This document shows, piece by piece, positions 14,020 to 26,165 of a stretch of 64,000 bases of DNA (position 1 is the stretch's first letter; the number at the start of each line of letters is the position of its first letter). The DNA lies in contig NC_073378.1 of the NCBI RefSeq assembly GCF_028641065.1, forward strand, positions 87,730,001 to 87,794,000, written 5' to 3'. Both the position numbers and the translations under genes were made by a program. This stretch comes from Leucoraja erinacea (taxonomy: Eukaryota). A model generated the notes under the pieces. It did not search any database and had not been told where the DNA came from. It worked only from the letters and a program-made list of their open reading frames with translations.

Positions 14020-14345
14020 ATCGGCTCAGTGGTTTAGCAGTTATGCTTCACATAACCAGAGCTCTTAGTTTGACCCTGACCTTGGATGATGAATGTATGG
14101 AGTTTGATGGAGTTTAAATGCGACCACATGGATTTCCCCTCGTGCTCTGTTTTTCTCCTACGTACCTGGTTAGGAGGTTACTCGGTGATTGTCAATTGGC
14201 CCTGATATAGGTGGGTGGTATGAGAATTAGGGTTGTAGGAGTGTTTGATGGGATGCAAAAGGGAAAAAACAATGAGTGCACCTGGGTGTTTAATGCTTGG
14301 TGCAGAGGTGTGAGCTAGAGTCCGTTTCCAGGCAGTATGACTCAT
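14020..14345 (+). mobile_element. Old V-SINE (HE1-like), degenerate
   Basis: tRNA-like head (ggctcagtggtttagc...gtttgaccc), V-domain-like tgtatggagttt...tgctctgttttttctcc, CR1-like tail. Confidence 0.55.
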
Positions 14346-14481
14346 TAACATTTAAAGTGCCAAAATAACAGCTGCAGTGCATGTGGGATGTTGATTTAAA
14401 TCTTATGCTGCACTAACCTGTATCTTCTTTTACTCTTGCAGTACTTGAGTTAAAACAAAAAGGACCATCCCACCGTAGATC

Positions 14482-14515
<34 letters not shown>

Positions 14516-14592
14516 ACCCCCCCCCCCCCCCCCCCCCCCCCCCCACCCCCCCCCCACACACCCCACCCCCCCTTCCACCCCCACCTCCCCTC
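14482..14592. repeat. Very long poly-C / C-rich tract
   Basis: About 100 bp of nearly pure C. Confidence 0.95.
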
Positions 14593-14689
14593 TCATTATT
14601 CACCACTTCGCTACTTAGGTTGGTTATTTGTTTAGTTCCTCCCAAGTATAATCACATGTGTTTCAATTAAATTACACATTTTTGTATAC

Positions 14690-14945
14690 TCCAGTGAATA
14701 TGGGCCTTTTGAGGGCAAGCATGGCAGATGTGATTTAACTCAGACAAGTGCAAAATGATGTATTTTGGGAAGTTAACCAAGCTAGGCCATACTTTGTGAA
14801 AGGCAGTGCCCTGAACAGTGTTATTGGATAGAGGTACAAGGACATAATTTCCTGAAAATGGGAATGGTGAAGAAGGCATTTGGCATGTATGCCTGAATTA
14901 TCTCAGGCATTGAAATTAGGAGTTGGAATGCCATGGGACTTAAGG
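14690..14945 (+). mobile_element. Old CR1 ORF2 fragment
   Basis: tggcagatgtgatttaac...gacaagtgc...tattttgggaag matches the WQM-FN-DKC-V-HFG CR1 motif. Confidence 0.6.
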
Positions 14946-17900
14946 CCAGCTTCCTCCCCACTGCTATCCAATTCTGAAACCATTCACCTCTTTCACACCC
15001 CATTCCCATATGTGCTACCACATACCCTTACTCTTAACTTTACCTCATTTGGTTATTATAGTATTGTACTTTAATGTTCTTTTGCACAACTCAGATTTTG
15101 CATTGCAATTTTGCACCATTCTATGATTATGCACTCGTCATTCCAGAGCCACCTTTGAAAGTTACAGCGGTTGTGGGGAAGAAGGAGGAGGAGGCGGTGG
15201 AGGGGTGGGGAGCGGGCAAAGTGACGGATGACAGGAAGAAGCAGCAGCTGGTGAGAGGGGAGGGAGCCCCACGGTGACCGAGTGCATCCTGCTGGTGGCC
15301 TGAAGATGCCAGGAAGATGCTAACCCCTCCCTGGTCTGTACCCATTTCTCCCGCTATCCCGCCCCCTCTTTCTCTTCCGCTTACATATATCCCTCGCTCC
15401 GGATTTTCATTTTACTCCACTTTTCACCTTATCTGACACACTTGTGATGCCTTTTCATCTTTGTCCATTCATCTTCCAATCACACTCCCCCCCCCCCCCC
15501 CCCCCCCCCCTCACCTGTCAGTTGAATTACATGACAAGGATTTGGGACTTTCAAAACAAAGGAAAGAGAGTAAAAACCTCAGACAAGAGACAGAGGCTGG
15601 AAAAAAGCATTGAGATGATACAAAAATCAGTAGAATACATAACAAAAACCAAAATGCCACAGGAATTGAAGTCAAAGTGAAGCTCAGGTGTCCAGAAGCA
15701 ATAGTATTGGACAAACGATAGCTATGCTAAAGAGACATGAAATTGATTGAGGTGAAAGCTGTCATATGATTTCATAAGTACTTGGCTGTAAAGTGCCTTA
15801 AAGCTGCTCCCTTATTAAGTACAGTGTCATGTGATTAACTGCTCCTCGGGAGGTGACAGTTGCCAAAAGAGACTTGTTGAATTGTCTGGACAGTTGTTAG
15901 AATAAGCAATCATGCTTTGCTGAATTGTTGAGTTTGTGACTCTGCTCAGTTCCTTGTTCAAGTAGTTGCAGACGGAGCTATACAATACATAAATAAAGAG
16001 GACCGATGCCAGAAAATAAAATTAAGTGAGCGGGGAACGCAAGACCACGGGACACTTAAGCTTTTGATTGCATAAGATCTTGGGCAATAATTTGGTTTCA
16101 TTTTTCTCCTTAACAAAAATGCGCATTTCTCAAATAAATGCAATGGCATAATATGATAGTTGGACCGAACCATCTTAGTTGCAATTGTATTCCTGAGCAT
16201 AGTGCTACTGTGCAGAAAAAGCTGCGAGTATGTTTTAAAACTGAAAACAATGAATTAAACCTTCCAGACACATTCAGGAATACAGTGTGGAGAATTTGGT
16301 CATATTGAAACTGCAGATCCATGGCTGTGGTGAAACACCTGCCAGAATCTGTGATGGTCCCTTTTTTATAGCTTATGTCTGTCAGTAGCAGTTGGAGTGC
16401 CACAGAGTGCCACAGACCTGGGTGCAAGCACCCTGCCTTCACAATGATGAATTTAATAAATTGAGCCCAGTATGAAAGCAGGGTCTCCCCAGCACTTATC
16501 ATTACACTCATCCCGCAGCGGGATCTTTATTGAAGTAATACGCAATGGCTTGAGGTGAGCATGATGGAGCTGTGGTGCTTAAAGTTCAATATAACAGAAC
16601 AGTAGGAAGCTGAGGGACTGGCAGAAAAGCTTAGCAAAGTTAAAGCTTGTTAATCCATGCTTGAGTGACCATGCCAACTGTGGCAGTATGCTTTTTGTAA
16701 CACGCAATTCGTATCAAGGATGTGCAAAAACTTGGAATTACACCATTAACATGAAGTGATTTCAGAAACAACGTACTTGAATTTGTAACCTTCAGTCGGC
16801 AATCTGCCTGAGATTCCATTACCCACATTGACTGTCCTATATACAAAAAAAGGTTAAATAGGTGATTGTTCAAATTGATACATTAGAAACAATTATATCA
16901 TTAAAATAATTCATTATGGTCTTCATCGTTGTTTGATGAAATGAGTGAAGAATATTCATTGTTGAATCTCCATTATAAAGCTGATCATTATTACTATATT
17001 TTACCCTCACTGCAAATACAAAATGTTTTTTGGGAAATCATTACTTCTGCATCAGACAGATACCACCATTTAGGATGATATTAATAATTGAACACAGAAG
17101 CTTTTGGGCTCATACTCATACACATTTTAAAGTCAGTTATATCTGTCCTGTTTTTTATTTTTTCTCTATTTACCAATGACAAATATAGTGATTATGATCG
17201 TGTTATGTGCTTATGTTTTTAAAGTTCATATTGCATGCAAATAGCAATCCCAAATCATTTTTAAAACCCAATTGGTACATGAACAAATTAAGCTTGTATG
17301 CTATGAGCTCACACTGTGATATAACATACTTTCCTTACCGATTTTCAGGTGAAATATTATTTTGACAATAAGATTTCACCAAAGCTTTGTCCATTTAATA
17401 ATGCACAAATATCACCTTCTGAGTGACTGTGGATATATTGTAGCCATGCTACAATCTGCACTCATTGTGCAAAGAGCTAAACCCTTTGACACTGTGGTTT
17501 TTAATTAAAATTACATTATGATTAATCTGCTGGAAGAAGACTGCTGTCTCAGGCTGGTTTGATTGTGAAAGTCCTGTGATGGCCGAGTTGGCTGCCAACT
17601 TGTTAAAACCATGCTGCTTTATGTCAAGTTCACGTCACTACCATCCATAGGAAAAGGTGACAGTAAATATGGGAAATTGCTTTGCAACTGTAAAATTAAC
17701 TCTTCTCAATCCTTTCTCCTCTGCAAGTTACGGTTTATTTGTTGAATATTGAGCTGAAAATAATTTTGGACACAATGCATAGATAGTAAAGGAAAGTATT
17801 ATCAGAAAAATAGAAAATTGCCAAGATATCAGAAGTACGAGAATAACAATTTGAATTGATTTAGTATCATTTACAATCTTAGAATGTCCCAAAACACTTC

Positions 17901-19544
17901 TATTGCCATTTAAATATTTTCTAAATGCCATGGCATTGAATTATACAACCTACCACCATTATATCAAAGTACTGAGGCTCTCCAGGTAATGAATGAGGTG
18001 AATTGTAGAAATCCAACTGTGCAAATGTCCCCATACATTTTTAAAGCATTTTTCATGCTAGTAATAATAGTAATAAAATGTTTAATGGTACTCAGTAATG
18101 ACTGGATGCTGTATATTTGCCATTAGCTTAATTAAGGACAGTATTATGGTGATTATTAAATGCAGTGAAATAATTATAGTGTGTATATAGTGCGATATGA
18201 TATGGGTAGCTATAGAAAAGAGACATTTATGACTGATGGAGAAATCGTCTTGGGGCATTTCTCAGGAAAATAACATTTCTGCACACTGGAGACTGCCTGT
18301 ACTGCTATTGTAACTCAATAAATCACAGGAAGAGATTGCCAAATGACAGTGGTGTAGATTCAAGCATGTTCTTAAACCTTCCTTAAAAAATTGCAACATC
18401 TCCTTTATTTCCTAGGATCTGTGGTTAATGATCAAAGTAGGAAAGGAGTATGTGGGATGGCATTTAGAATGCCAAGTCCACACAAAAGCACAGCATAAAC
18501 AGCAGAGAGCACAAACCAGCGTGTCTGTCTTGTTAGGTGCCTCGATGTTCTGAAGAAAAAGAGCAGTGAATTATCTCTGGAAGTAGGTTGATGTTCATCA
18601 CTATTAAAATTACAAGAGCAGCTTATCTGATCATTATGATGTTGCTGTTTGTGGAAACTGGCTATAATGGGATCTGAGATCATGAAAATATGCAATTGTG
18701 TAAATTGTGCAATTCCTTCTTTTACAGATGCACTAAAGGCACAACATGGGTTTTAAAAATGTGGCCTGGTTTTGACAACAGAGTACTGTCCAGATCAATG
18801 GAAGTATTTTGAAAATGCCACAGAATATTTAATATTCATATGTAAGGCGAGGACCTTCACTATTGTCTTGACATATTACATATCATATGTGATAATTGTG
18901 CCACATTGAATGAAATAATTATTCACCAATGGAGAGCTCAAGCCATGACTTCCAGAAGAGAAACGTAAAATAAGAACAATTAGGGGGGAAACTGGAAAAC
19001 AAATCAAAAAGCAGGAATGTAGTAAATCAGTTAAACATTCATAATGGAATATCAAACGTTAAAAATGACTACAGTTTAATTTTTAGTAAATAAATTTCAC
19101 AAAATATCCATGTAAATATTTACCTATCCTTTTCTTTTGGCTCATTTAATTTAACACTTATTATGTCTGGCACCCTTCCTGCCAACCAAGAAGCTCTTGC
19201 CAAGTTTGGTGTTGGTAGCAATTATACTCTGAGCTAAAAGCTTGTAGGTGGCATTCAGCTGGTCACTGGCTGACCACAATGCCCATTCTCAATGGAGATA
19301 AAAATAAGTTAATTTGAAGCTAAGAAGATATGTTGTGAGTCTGTATTGCATTATTTTTGTTATTGATTTAATCCTAAAACTACAGTAGAGGACAGAAGTG
19401 GAAGATAAATCAATTTATAATGGACATATTTTAATTGCACAAACTTTTGCACATATCTTTTGCATTGATTCCAACCACCAATTGGATGAGCTGAAGATAT
19501 ATTATAAATTCGGTACATAAAATAGAATCACCGACATGTGACAT

Positions 19545-19680
19545 TCCCTTATCATGTATCTATACACTGTAAATGGATTGATTGTAATAATGTATTTTCT
19601 TTCTGCTGACTGGTTAGCACGCAACAAAAGCTTTTTGCTGTACCTCGGTACACATGACAATAAACTAAACTGAACTGAAC
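19545..19680 (+). mobile_element. Short LINE-derived 3' tail repeat with (aactg/aacta)n end
   Basis: Reverse complement of 13885-13990, 34612-34840 and the end of the Rex1 element at 43575. Confidence 0.7.
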
Positions 19681-19904
19681 CGATGAGGTCAGAAAAATGG
19701 ACACAAATACCATCAATAAAATAAACAATTGCAAAAACATACTTTAAAAATGAAAAAAGGAAAAATTAAGGAAGATTAGAATGAGATTGCACTGCATGAT
19801 GAATCTGTGGAAATGTTTTGAAATGTTTGTGGGTTAGAGGAGATTAAAGGATTAGTTTAATGTCAAGCTAATCACGTGACGTTTGATTTATCTATTGACC
19901 AAAT

Positions 19905-20275
19905 GATAAGCCATGTACCTGTCCAAATGTATTTTAATTGTTGTTATTGTACCTGGTTCAACTATTTTCTCTGACAGCTGGTTCTATATACCAACCACTC
20001 ACTGTGTGAAAATGTTTCCCCTCAGATTCCTACTAAATATTTCTCCTTTCGCTTTAAACCCATGTCCACTAGTTCTTGATTCACTAACACAGGGGAAAAG
20101 AGGTTGCACACCACCCTATCTATTCCCCTCATGATTTTACACACCTCTATAAGATCAAGCCTCATTATCCTCCGCTCCAAGGAATAAAGTCCTATGCTAC
20201 CCAGCCTCTCCATATAGCTCAGGCTCTCGAGTCCTGGCAACATCCTCAATTTTCTCCGGACTCTTTCCAGCTTAG
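19905..20275 (-). mobile_element. CR1 ORF2 3' fragment
   Basis: ORF 20022-20318 RMLPGLESLSYMERLGSIGLYSLERRIMRLDLIEVCKIMRGIDRV. Confidence 0.85.
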
Positions 20276-20640
20276 GGTCCTCTCCATTATGAAAGATTCC
20301 TTTAAAAAATGTTGTCAACTTTTATAATCATGGATCATAGCACACAGGAGATCATTCAGCCATTTGTGTCCAGATGGGCCAAAAATGAGCTATTTAGTCT
20401 TCTCAGGTTTCTTAGTTCTTAATCTCTGGAATTGTCAATTACAGTTAATCATGTGGTCAATATGATGTTGGTTTCTTTAGCCTTTGAGTCAGTGAGCTCC
20501 AGATCCCCACCACCTCTTGGCTGAAAAATTATTTCCTCAAATCCTCCTAATTCTTTACCAATTAACATCAATCTATATTGCTGTTTTTTGAATATTAAGG
20601 GAATCAAAGGACATTGGGTTGGTACAGAAGGAACTGAGAT

Positions 20641-21308
20641 AAACATAGAAACATAGAAGCATAGAAAATAGGTGCAGGAGTAGGCCATTCAGCCCTTCGA
20701 GCCTGCACCGCCATTCAATATGATCATGGCTGATCATCCAACTCGGTATCCTGTACCTGCCTTCTCCCCATACCCCCTGATCCCTTTAGCCACAAGGGCA
20801 ACATCTAACTCCCTCTTAAATATAGCCAATGAACTGGCTTCAACTACCTTCTGTGCCAGAGAATTCCACAGATTCACCAATCTCGGTGTAAAAAATGTTT
20901 TTCTCATCTCGGTCCTAAAATAATTCCCTCTTATCCTTAAACTGTGACCCCTTGTCCTCGACTTCCCCAACATCGGGAACAATCTTCCTGCATCTAGCCT
21001 GTCCAACCCCTTAAGAATGTTGTAAGTTTCTATAAGATCCCCCCTCAATCTTCTAAATTCTAGCGAGTACAAGCCGAGTCTATTCAGTCTTTCTTCATAT
21101 GAAAGTCCTGACATCCCAGGAATCAGTCTGGTGAACCTTCTCTGTACTCCCTCTATGGCAAGAATGTATTTTCTCATATTAGGAGACCAAAACTGTACGC
21201 AATACTCCAGGTGTGGTCTCACCAAGACCCTGTACAACTCAAGTAGAACCTCCCTGCTCCTATACTCAAATCCTTTTGCTTTGAATGCTAACATACCATT
21301 CGCTTTCT
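20641..21308 (-). mobile_element. Young CR1 LINE 3' end, inserted into an older oppositely oriented CR1 tail
   Basis: 186-aa open frame 20734-21294; nearly identical to 7077-7740; old CR1 3' UTR flanks at ~20590-20640 and ~21309-21400. Confidence 0.95.
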
Positions 21309-21472
21309 AAGATCAGATATGATTTTATGTATGGTGGATGAAGTATGTGACCGAATGGTCCACTCCATCTATTTTTCATATTTTTATTTTTCTATGTTCC
21401 TCTAATTATTAGGATATTTGTTAAAGGAAATAAATCCTTTCTTTTCATCATGTTCAGGCCACTTTTAATTTT

Positions 21473-22261
21473 CTAAGCCTGTGGGACCCCTTTGGGAGGA
21501 CTGGTCCCCCAAAGCAATTTGCCACCTCTTCATCAATTCCAATATTGGTGGCCAGTGGAGGGGGGGGGGCTTTCTGTAGCGCTAGTATGGGTGTTGTGGC
21601 CTAAAGGACTGGTTTCCGGAGGGCTAGTATGGCCATTGTGGGCTGAATGGATTCTTGGGCTTGCAGCTCAGTCACTCTGGCCTGTTGGGCTGGCAGCTCA
21701 GTCACTTGGGCCTGTTGGGCTGGCAGCTCAGTCACTTGGGCAGAGTGCAGGCCAACCTTTCAATTCAGTTGAAGCAGCAAAGTGCAGACCGACCCTTCAA
21801 TTCAGTTCAAGCAGCCCAGTGCAGACCGACCCTTCAATTCAGTTCAAGCAGCCCAGTGCAGACCAACAATTCACTTCATACACAGTGCAGAATCACAGTT
21901 CAGTACACTCGCGACGTACACTCACAGTTTTGAACTCAACTCTCACTCACGGTCTTCCGGGGTGACTGACGCATGTCTGGCCTCTGGGGCTTTATTTTCC
22001 TGGCCCCCCGGATGGGACGTTTCCTTCATCATGGTGACTGACCGGTGAGAAGACCAATCTGCTGATCTCACGAATTTTTAAACATTCATAACTTTTTTAT
22101 TATTTCACCGATCAGAAAAACCTTGGGACGGCTGGAGGAGAGGAGGACGGTGAGAAAGATGGCGAAAAAACCCATAGCAATATAGGGTAGCGTTTTTTCT
22201 AAAATTCATTTACAACATAGACAAGATGTGGTCAAGATGAGACTTTTAGTAATAGTATAGA
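21473..22261 (-). mobile_element. Non-autonomous Helitron (degenerate 3' end)
   Basis: Minus-strand 5' TCTATACTATTACTAAAAG.CTCATCTTGACC; 3' region similar to the hairpin/CTAG end of 37287-37811. Confidence 0.8.
21655..21870. repeat. Two adjacent minisatellites inside the Helitron (~30-bp and ~37-bp units)
   Basis: gggctggcagctcagtcact... x3, then cagtgcagaccgacccttcaattcagttcaagcagcc x~3. Confidence 0.9.
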
Positions 22262-22264
22262 TAT

Positions 22265-22585
22265 TTCAATTTGATCGTTCCTCTTTTCAATCGAGAACCA
22301 GAGGACATAGGTTTAAGGTGAGTGAGGAAAGATTTAATAGAAACCTGAGGGGCAATCTTTTCACACAGAGCATAGTAGGTATAAGGAACAAGGTGCCGGA
22401 GGAATTGTTGGCGGTACAATAACAACATTTAAAAGGTTTTTAGATAGGTACATGGATAGGAAAAGTTTAGAGGGGTATGGGCCAAGTGCAGGCAGGTGGG
22501 ACTGGTGCAGATGAGGCATCTTGGTCGGCATGGGCAAGTTGGTCCGAAGGGCATGTTTCCGTGCTGCATGACTCCAAGAGTCTAT
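22265..22585 (+). mobile_element. CR1 3' end
   Basis: agaaccagaggacataggtttaagg...ggtccgaagggcatgtttccgtgctg tail. Confidence 0.85.
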
Positions 22586-22949
22586 AACGCTAAGTGATTC
22601 TTTCTGAAATATGTAAAATGAAACACAAGTTTCAATTTCAATATTAATTAAAAAGTCCCAGTTTGACCTTCTTATGGGAAATCCCTTTTTAAATGTGTTA
22701 TACTGGAGGTGGCACTGTGATTAGCATTTAAAGAAGCATGCATCTGTTATGTACGTTATGTGTAAGACCCACTCACATGTTTTCACATTTAGTTCCAGTG
22801 CTAAAACAGTTGTTTTCAGTCTAAAAATTATAATAAAGTTATCGCTCTAGTTGTTTGGAATAGGAAAATTGCTGCTATACTATTTCCCCCTATTGTCTTA
22901 ACCATGGCATTTTGCAAGATTACTGTAATATCATGGCATAGATAACTTC

Positions 22950-23245
22950 TCCATATCTTGCACCTCTACTCTCACACTCCTCTTCCCAGACAGAACAGAG
23001 ATAGAGTTCATTATGTCTTCACATTTCAGCCTACCGGCCTTTGCATCCAGCATATCATCCGTCACCATTTCTGCCATTTCATAATGGATCGCACCACAAG
23101 TCATATCAGCCCCTCCCTCACTCCAGCCTTGAGCAAAACAAAGTGCTGGTGAAACTCAACAGGTCAGGAAACATCTGTTTCTGAGGGAATGTTCCTGAGG
23201 GAATGGACAGGTGATGTTTTGGGTCGGGACCTTTCTTCAGACTCT
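22950..23245. mobile_element. Penelope internal fragment (+) joined to an inverted terminal repeat (-) with degenerate hammerhead
   Basis: QNRDRVHYVFTFQPTGLCIQHIIRHHFCH resembles 12970-13080; 23130-23245 is the reverse complement of the hammerhead repeat. Confidence 0.7.
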
Positions 23246-25069
23246 TTTGAAGAGTTCTATTATTAGATCTGTCATTTTAGATTTCTGCACATTTTCACAC
23301 TATTGACATTAAGCTACCAAACCAGTAACACCCTGTTTTCCCTCTTCTTCCACCTTAGGTATTAGGGTAGCATTTGTAATTCTCCAATCCAGGGGAAATA
23401 TTAGAGAGTCTAGAGAAAGATGACAATGAGAGCATGCACCATCTGTAAAGCCACCTCTTATGAAACTCTGGGATATTATAGGAGAATAGATCTTTGAGAT
23501 TTATCAACTTTCAGACTCATCAGCTTCTATAGCAGTATTTTTGCCCACTCCAATTCACATCCTGTGGGACTACTGAACGCCCTAGGGCCATAGCATCATG
23601 GAACATAACCATAAGTTTGAAAGATTAATCACAATATTTTTATATCATTAGATTTTTGGTTATGAAGGGAATTAAAATATATGGGGTTAGTGCTGGAAAG
23701 TGTTGCTGGTTATCCTGAAATATCCACGTTCCTAATTATTCTTCACTTACACAGCTACCAAAATCCACCAACCTCATTAGCTGTCCCTGCTTCAGTTATT
23801 CTTTCATTAAGCACGTTGATAGCTGTCCTGAAATAGTTTCTGGTTGAAAGAGATCCTTGTTATTATTGTTCTGCATGCCACTTTCTTCAACTTTTTTTGT
23901 AAAATGAATCTATTTAATGCTATAAATATCATTAATGACAAAATGAAGATAGAAATATATAAACTTATTTAAATGTATTCTTGGTATTGACATGCCTATG
24001 TTGTGAGTGATCATAACAACCTTGTTTGCAACTTTGTCCAAGTTAAGTATTACAATGTGACTGAATTTTCGTGACCAGCTGCTTTACAGTTTAGCAGACT
24101 AAGGTGTCATTTTATATCACAAGAATCCAACATTTCTCCCCTTCCCATTCCACTTTAGTGAGAGTGCAGATTCTAAGAGGGACACAAATCCAAGGTTATC
24201 AGCCATTCTTGTACAGTATATAATTGCAAAACCACTCTTAACACGTGCACAGGGTTTGAAAGTGCTGTCCTGTTCTTCCATGGTGGCATCAACAAAAACT
24301 TAAGCCAAGAGCAGGGCTGTAGAAATAACTCAGACTGTGAACAGCATGCCAGAAAAGAAGTGAAACAATAGCACAAGGAGGACTGTGGAATTAAGTTGCA
24401 CACTAAGACATTTAATTAATTATTGGTATAACTTTAATCACAATTACATTAAAACGATAAATTAAAGATAAAGATAGATACTATAATTAAGTAGATGAAA
24501 TGTTAAGTAGATATAATATTGCTGAATGGGATTGGCAGCATTGGGGATGTGTCACAACTGCAGCATGTGGAGTTAGTGGAGACCAATGCAGTCCTAGTCG
24601 ACCATATAAAGATCCATAGCTCAAAAACCTTTAGCCCAGCATTGATGAGCTGCAGTTTGTTTAGTTATTATTATTAGACATCATGGAGAGATTAAAGTCA
24701 ATTAGGATAGAGCTAAGAAAGAAAGTAGAAAATGGAAAATATAGATCGGCATTGCAAACATTTTATAATAAGGAGCAAAGTGGCAAGAAATTGAAATTTC
24801 CAGAGGTGTATGTAATTAATAAAATGTAAAGCATTTTTAATGTCATCTCTTTTTTTACAGTTTTATTGAACGTCAGAGATATAGGCCTTTTCGATCCTGA
24901 CCACACACAAATATGGAGAGCGGGTGCAGCAGCATCTATGGAACGAAGGGGGCAAATAAAATTTTTGGAGTAATACCATGATGATCTTTGGAGCATTCGG
25001 ATCGAGACCCTTCTGATATGGATTCCAATGTTTTCAGGTTGATTAAGTGAATGAAGCTTTTAATTGTTT

Positions 25070-25465
25070 AAAAGAGACGTAACATGGAAACAGACCCTTT
25101 GACACAGTTTTAATTCACTCTTTTCTTCGACGAGGGAGAGGAGGGGGAGACAGATGGGGGTGTCTTCATTTACTGGCGGTGGGTGTCTGTTGATCATCCA
25201 CCCCCTCCCTCCCTCTCACACAATAGTTCTGTGTTATCCCACTATCTCATCCACTCCTGCACACTGGGGGGCAATTTACAGTCCAATTAACCTACAATCC
25301 CACGTCTTTGTGATGTGGGAGGAAACTAGTGCCCCTGGAAGAAATGCACACCAAGGGCTGACAGGGAGAACATGCAAATTCCACTCAGACAATGCAAGGT
25401 CAGGATCAAACCCACATCTCTGATGCTGCGAGGTTAAAGCTCTATCAGCTGTGCCAAGGTGCTGC
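25070..25465 (-). mobile_element. HE1-like V-SINE, degenerate
   Basis: ccaattaacctac...cacgtctttg.gatgtgggaggaaac...gggagaacatgcaaattccac...aggtcaggatcaaaccc; similar to 51229-51500. Confidence 0.75.
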
Positions 25466-25964
25466 TCACTAAATATAACATTTCACATCATTATAAGTTA
25501 CAACATTTGTACCTTACCAGTATTTGTCATCTCTTCTCTCTGCCGATGCTTGGTCCACACAATGATGGGCACTAGATCTCCAAGGGCTGATAGTTCTGAA
25601 GGTGGACAGGATTCTTGCTTATAGACAAAGGCAGCTGTGATCTTTCACAGATTACGGAACATTTAGCTCCAGTTTTTTCTTTCCCCCAGGGATTCAAATT
25701 TAAGATAGTAGAGACTGCAATGAAGAATTACGCTGCAGAGGCAGACCACTCCAGGCTCTGCACAGCAGGACACCGATGCTGCTCCCTGGAAGTCACTGTC
25801 CAGACAACATCATAAATGTGGATCATTGGGAAAAATGGCAGACCAATCATCTGGTTTGATGCTGGTGGACTTTATGAACATATCTCAATCCTCAATATAT
25901 TAGTCAATTCCATGGCAACTTAATCACCACAATCATGTTGATCATGCAGGTTGATGTTGATATA

Positions 25965-26165
25965 GGACATGACAGAAATTGTGCAGGAGTGCCATATGCC
26001 CTCGAGTGCCATTCAATATGATCATGGCTGATCATCCAACTCATATGTCCTTCCTCCATACCCCCTGATCCCCTTAGCCAAAGGGCCACATCTAACTCCC
26101 CTTAAATATCATTTGCATTACCCTCTGTGTTCAGAGATTCACCACTCTCATGTGAAAAAATGTTC
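25965..26165 (-). mobile_element. Indel-riddled copy of the young CR1 3' tail
   Basis: Exact blocks shared with 7100-7330, separated by many small deletions. Confidence 0.8.

Noticed and set aside
21743-21870. ~37-bp direct repeats suggestive of a CRISPR array
   Set aside because: Units are contiguous with no unique spacers, lie inside a Helitron in vertebrate DNA, and no cas genes are present.
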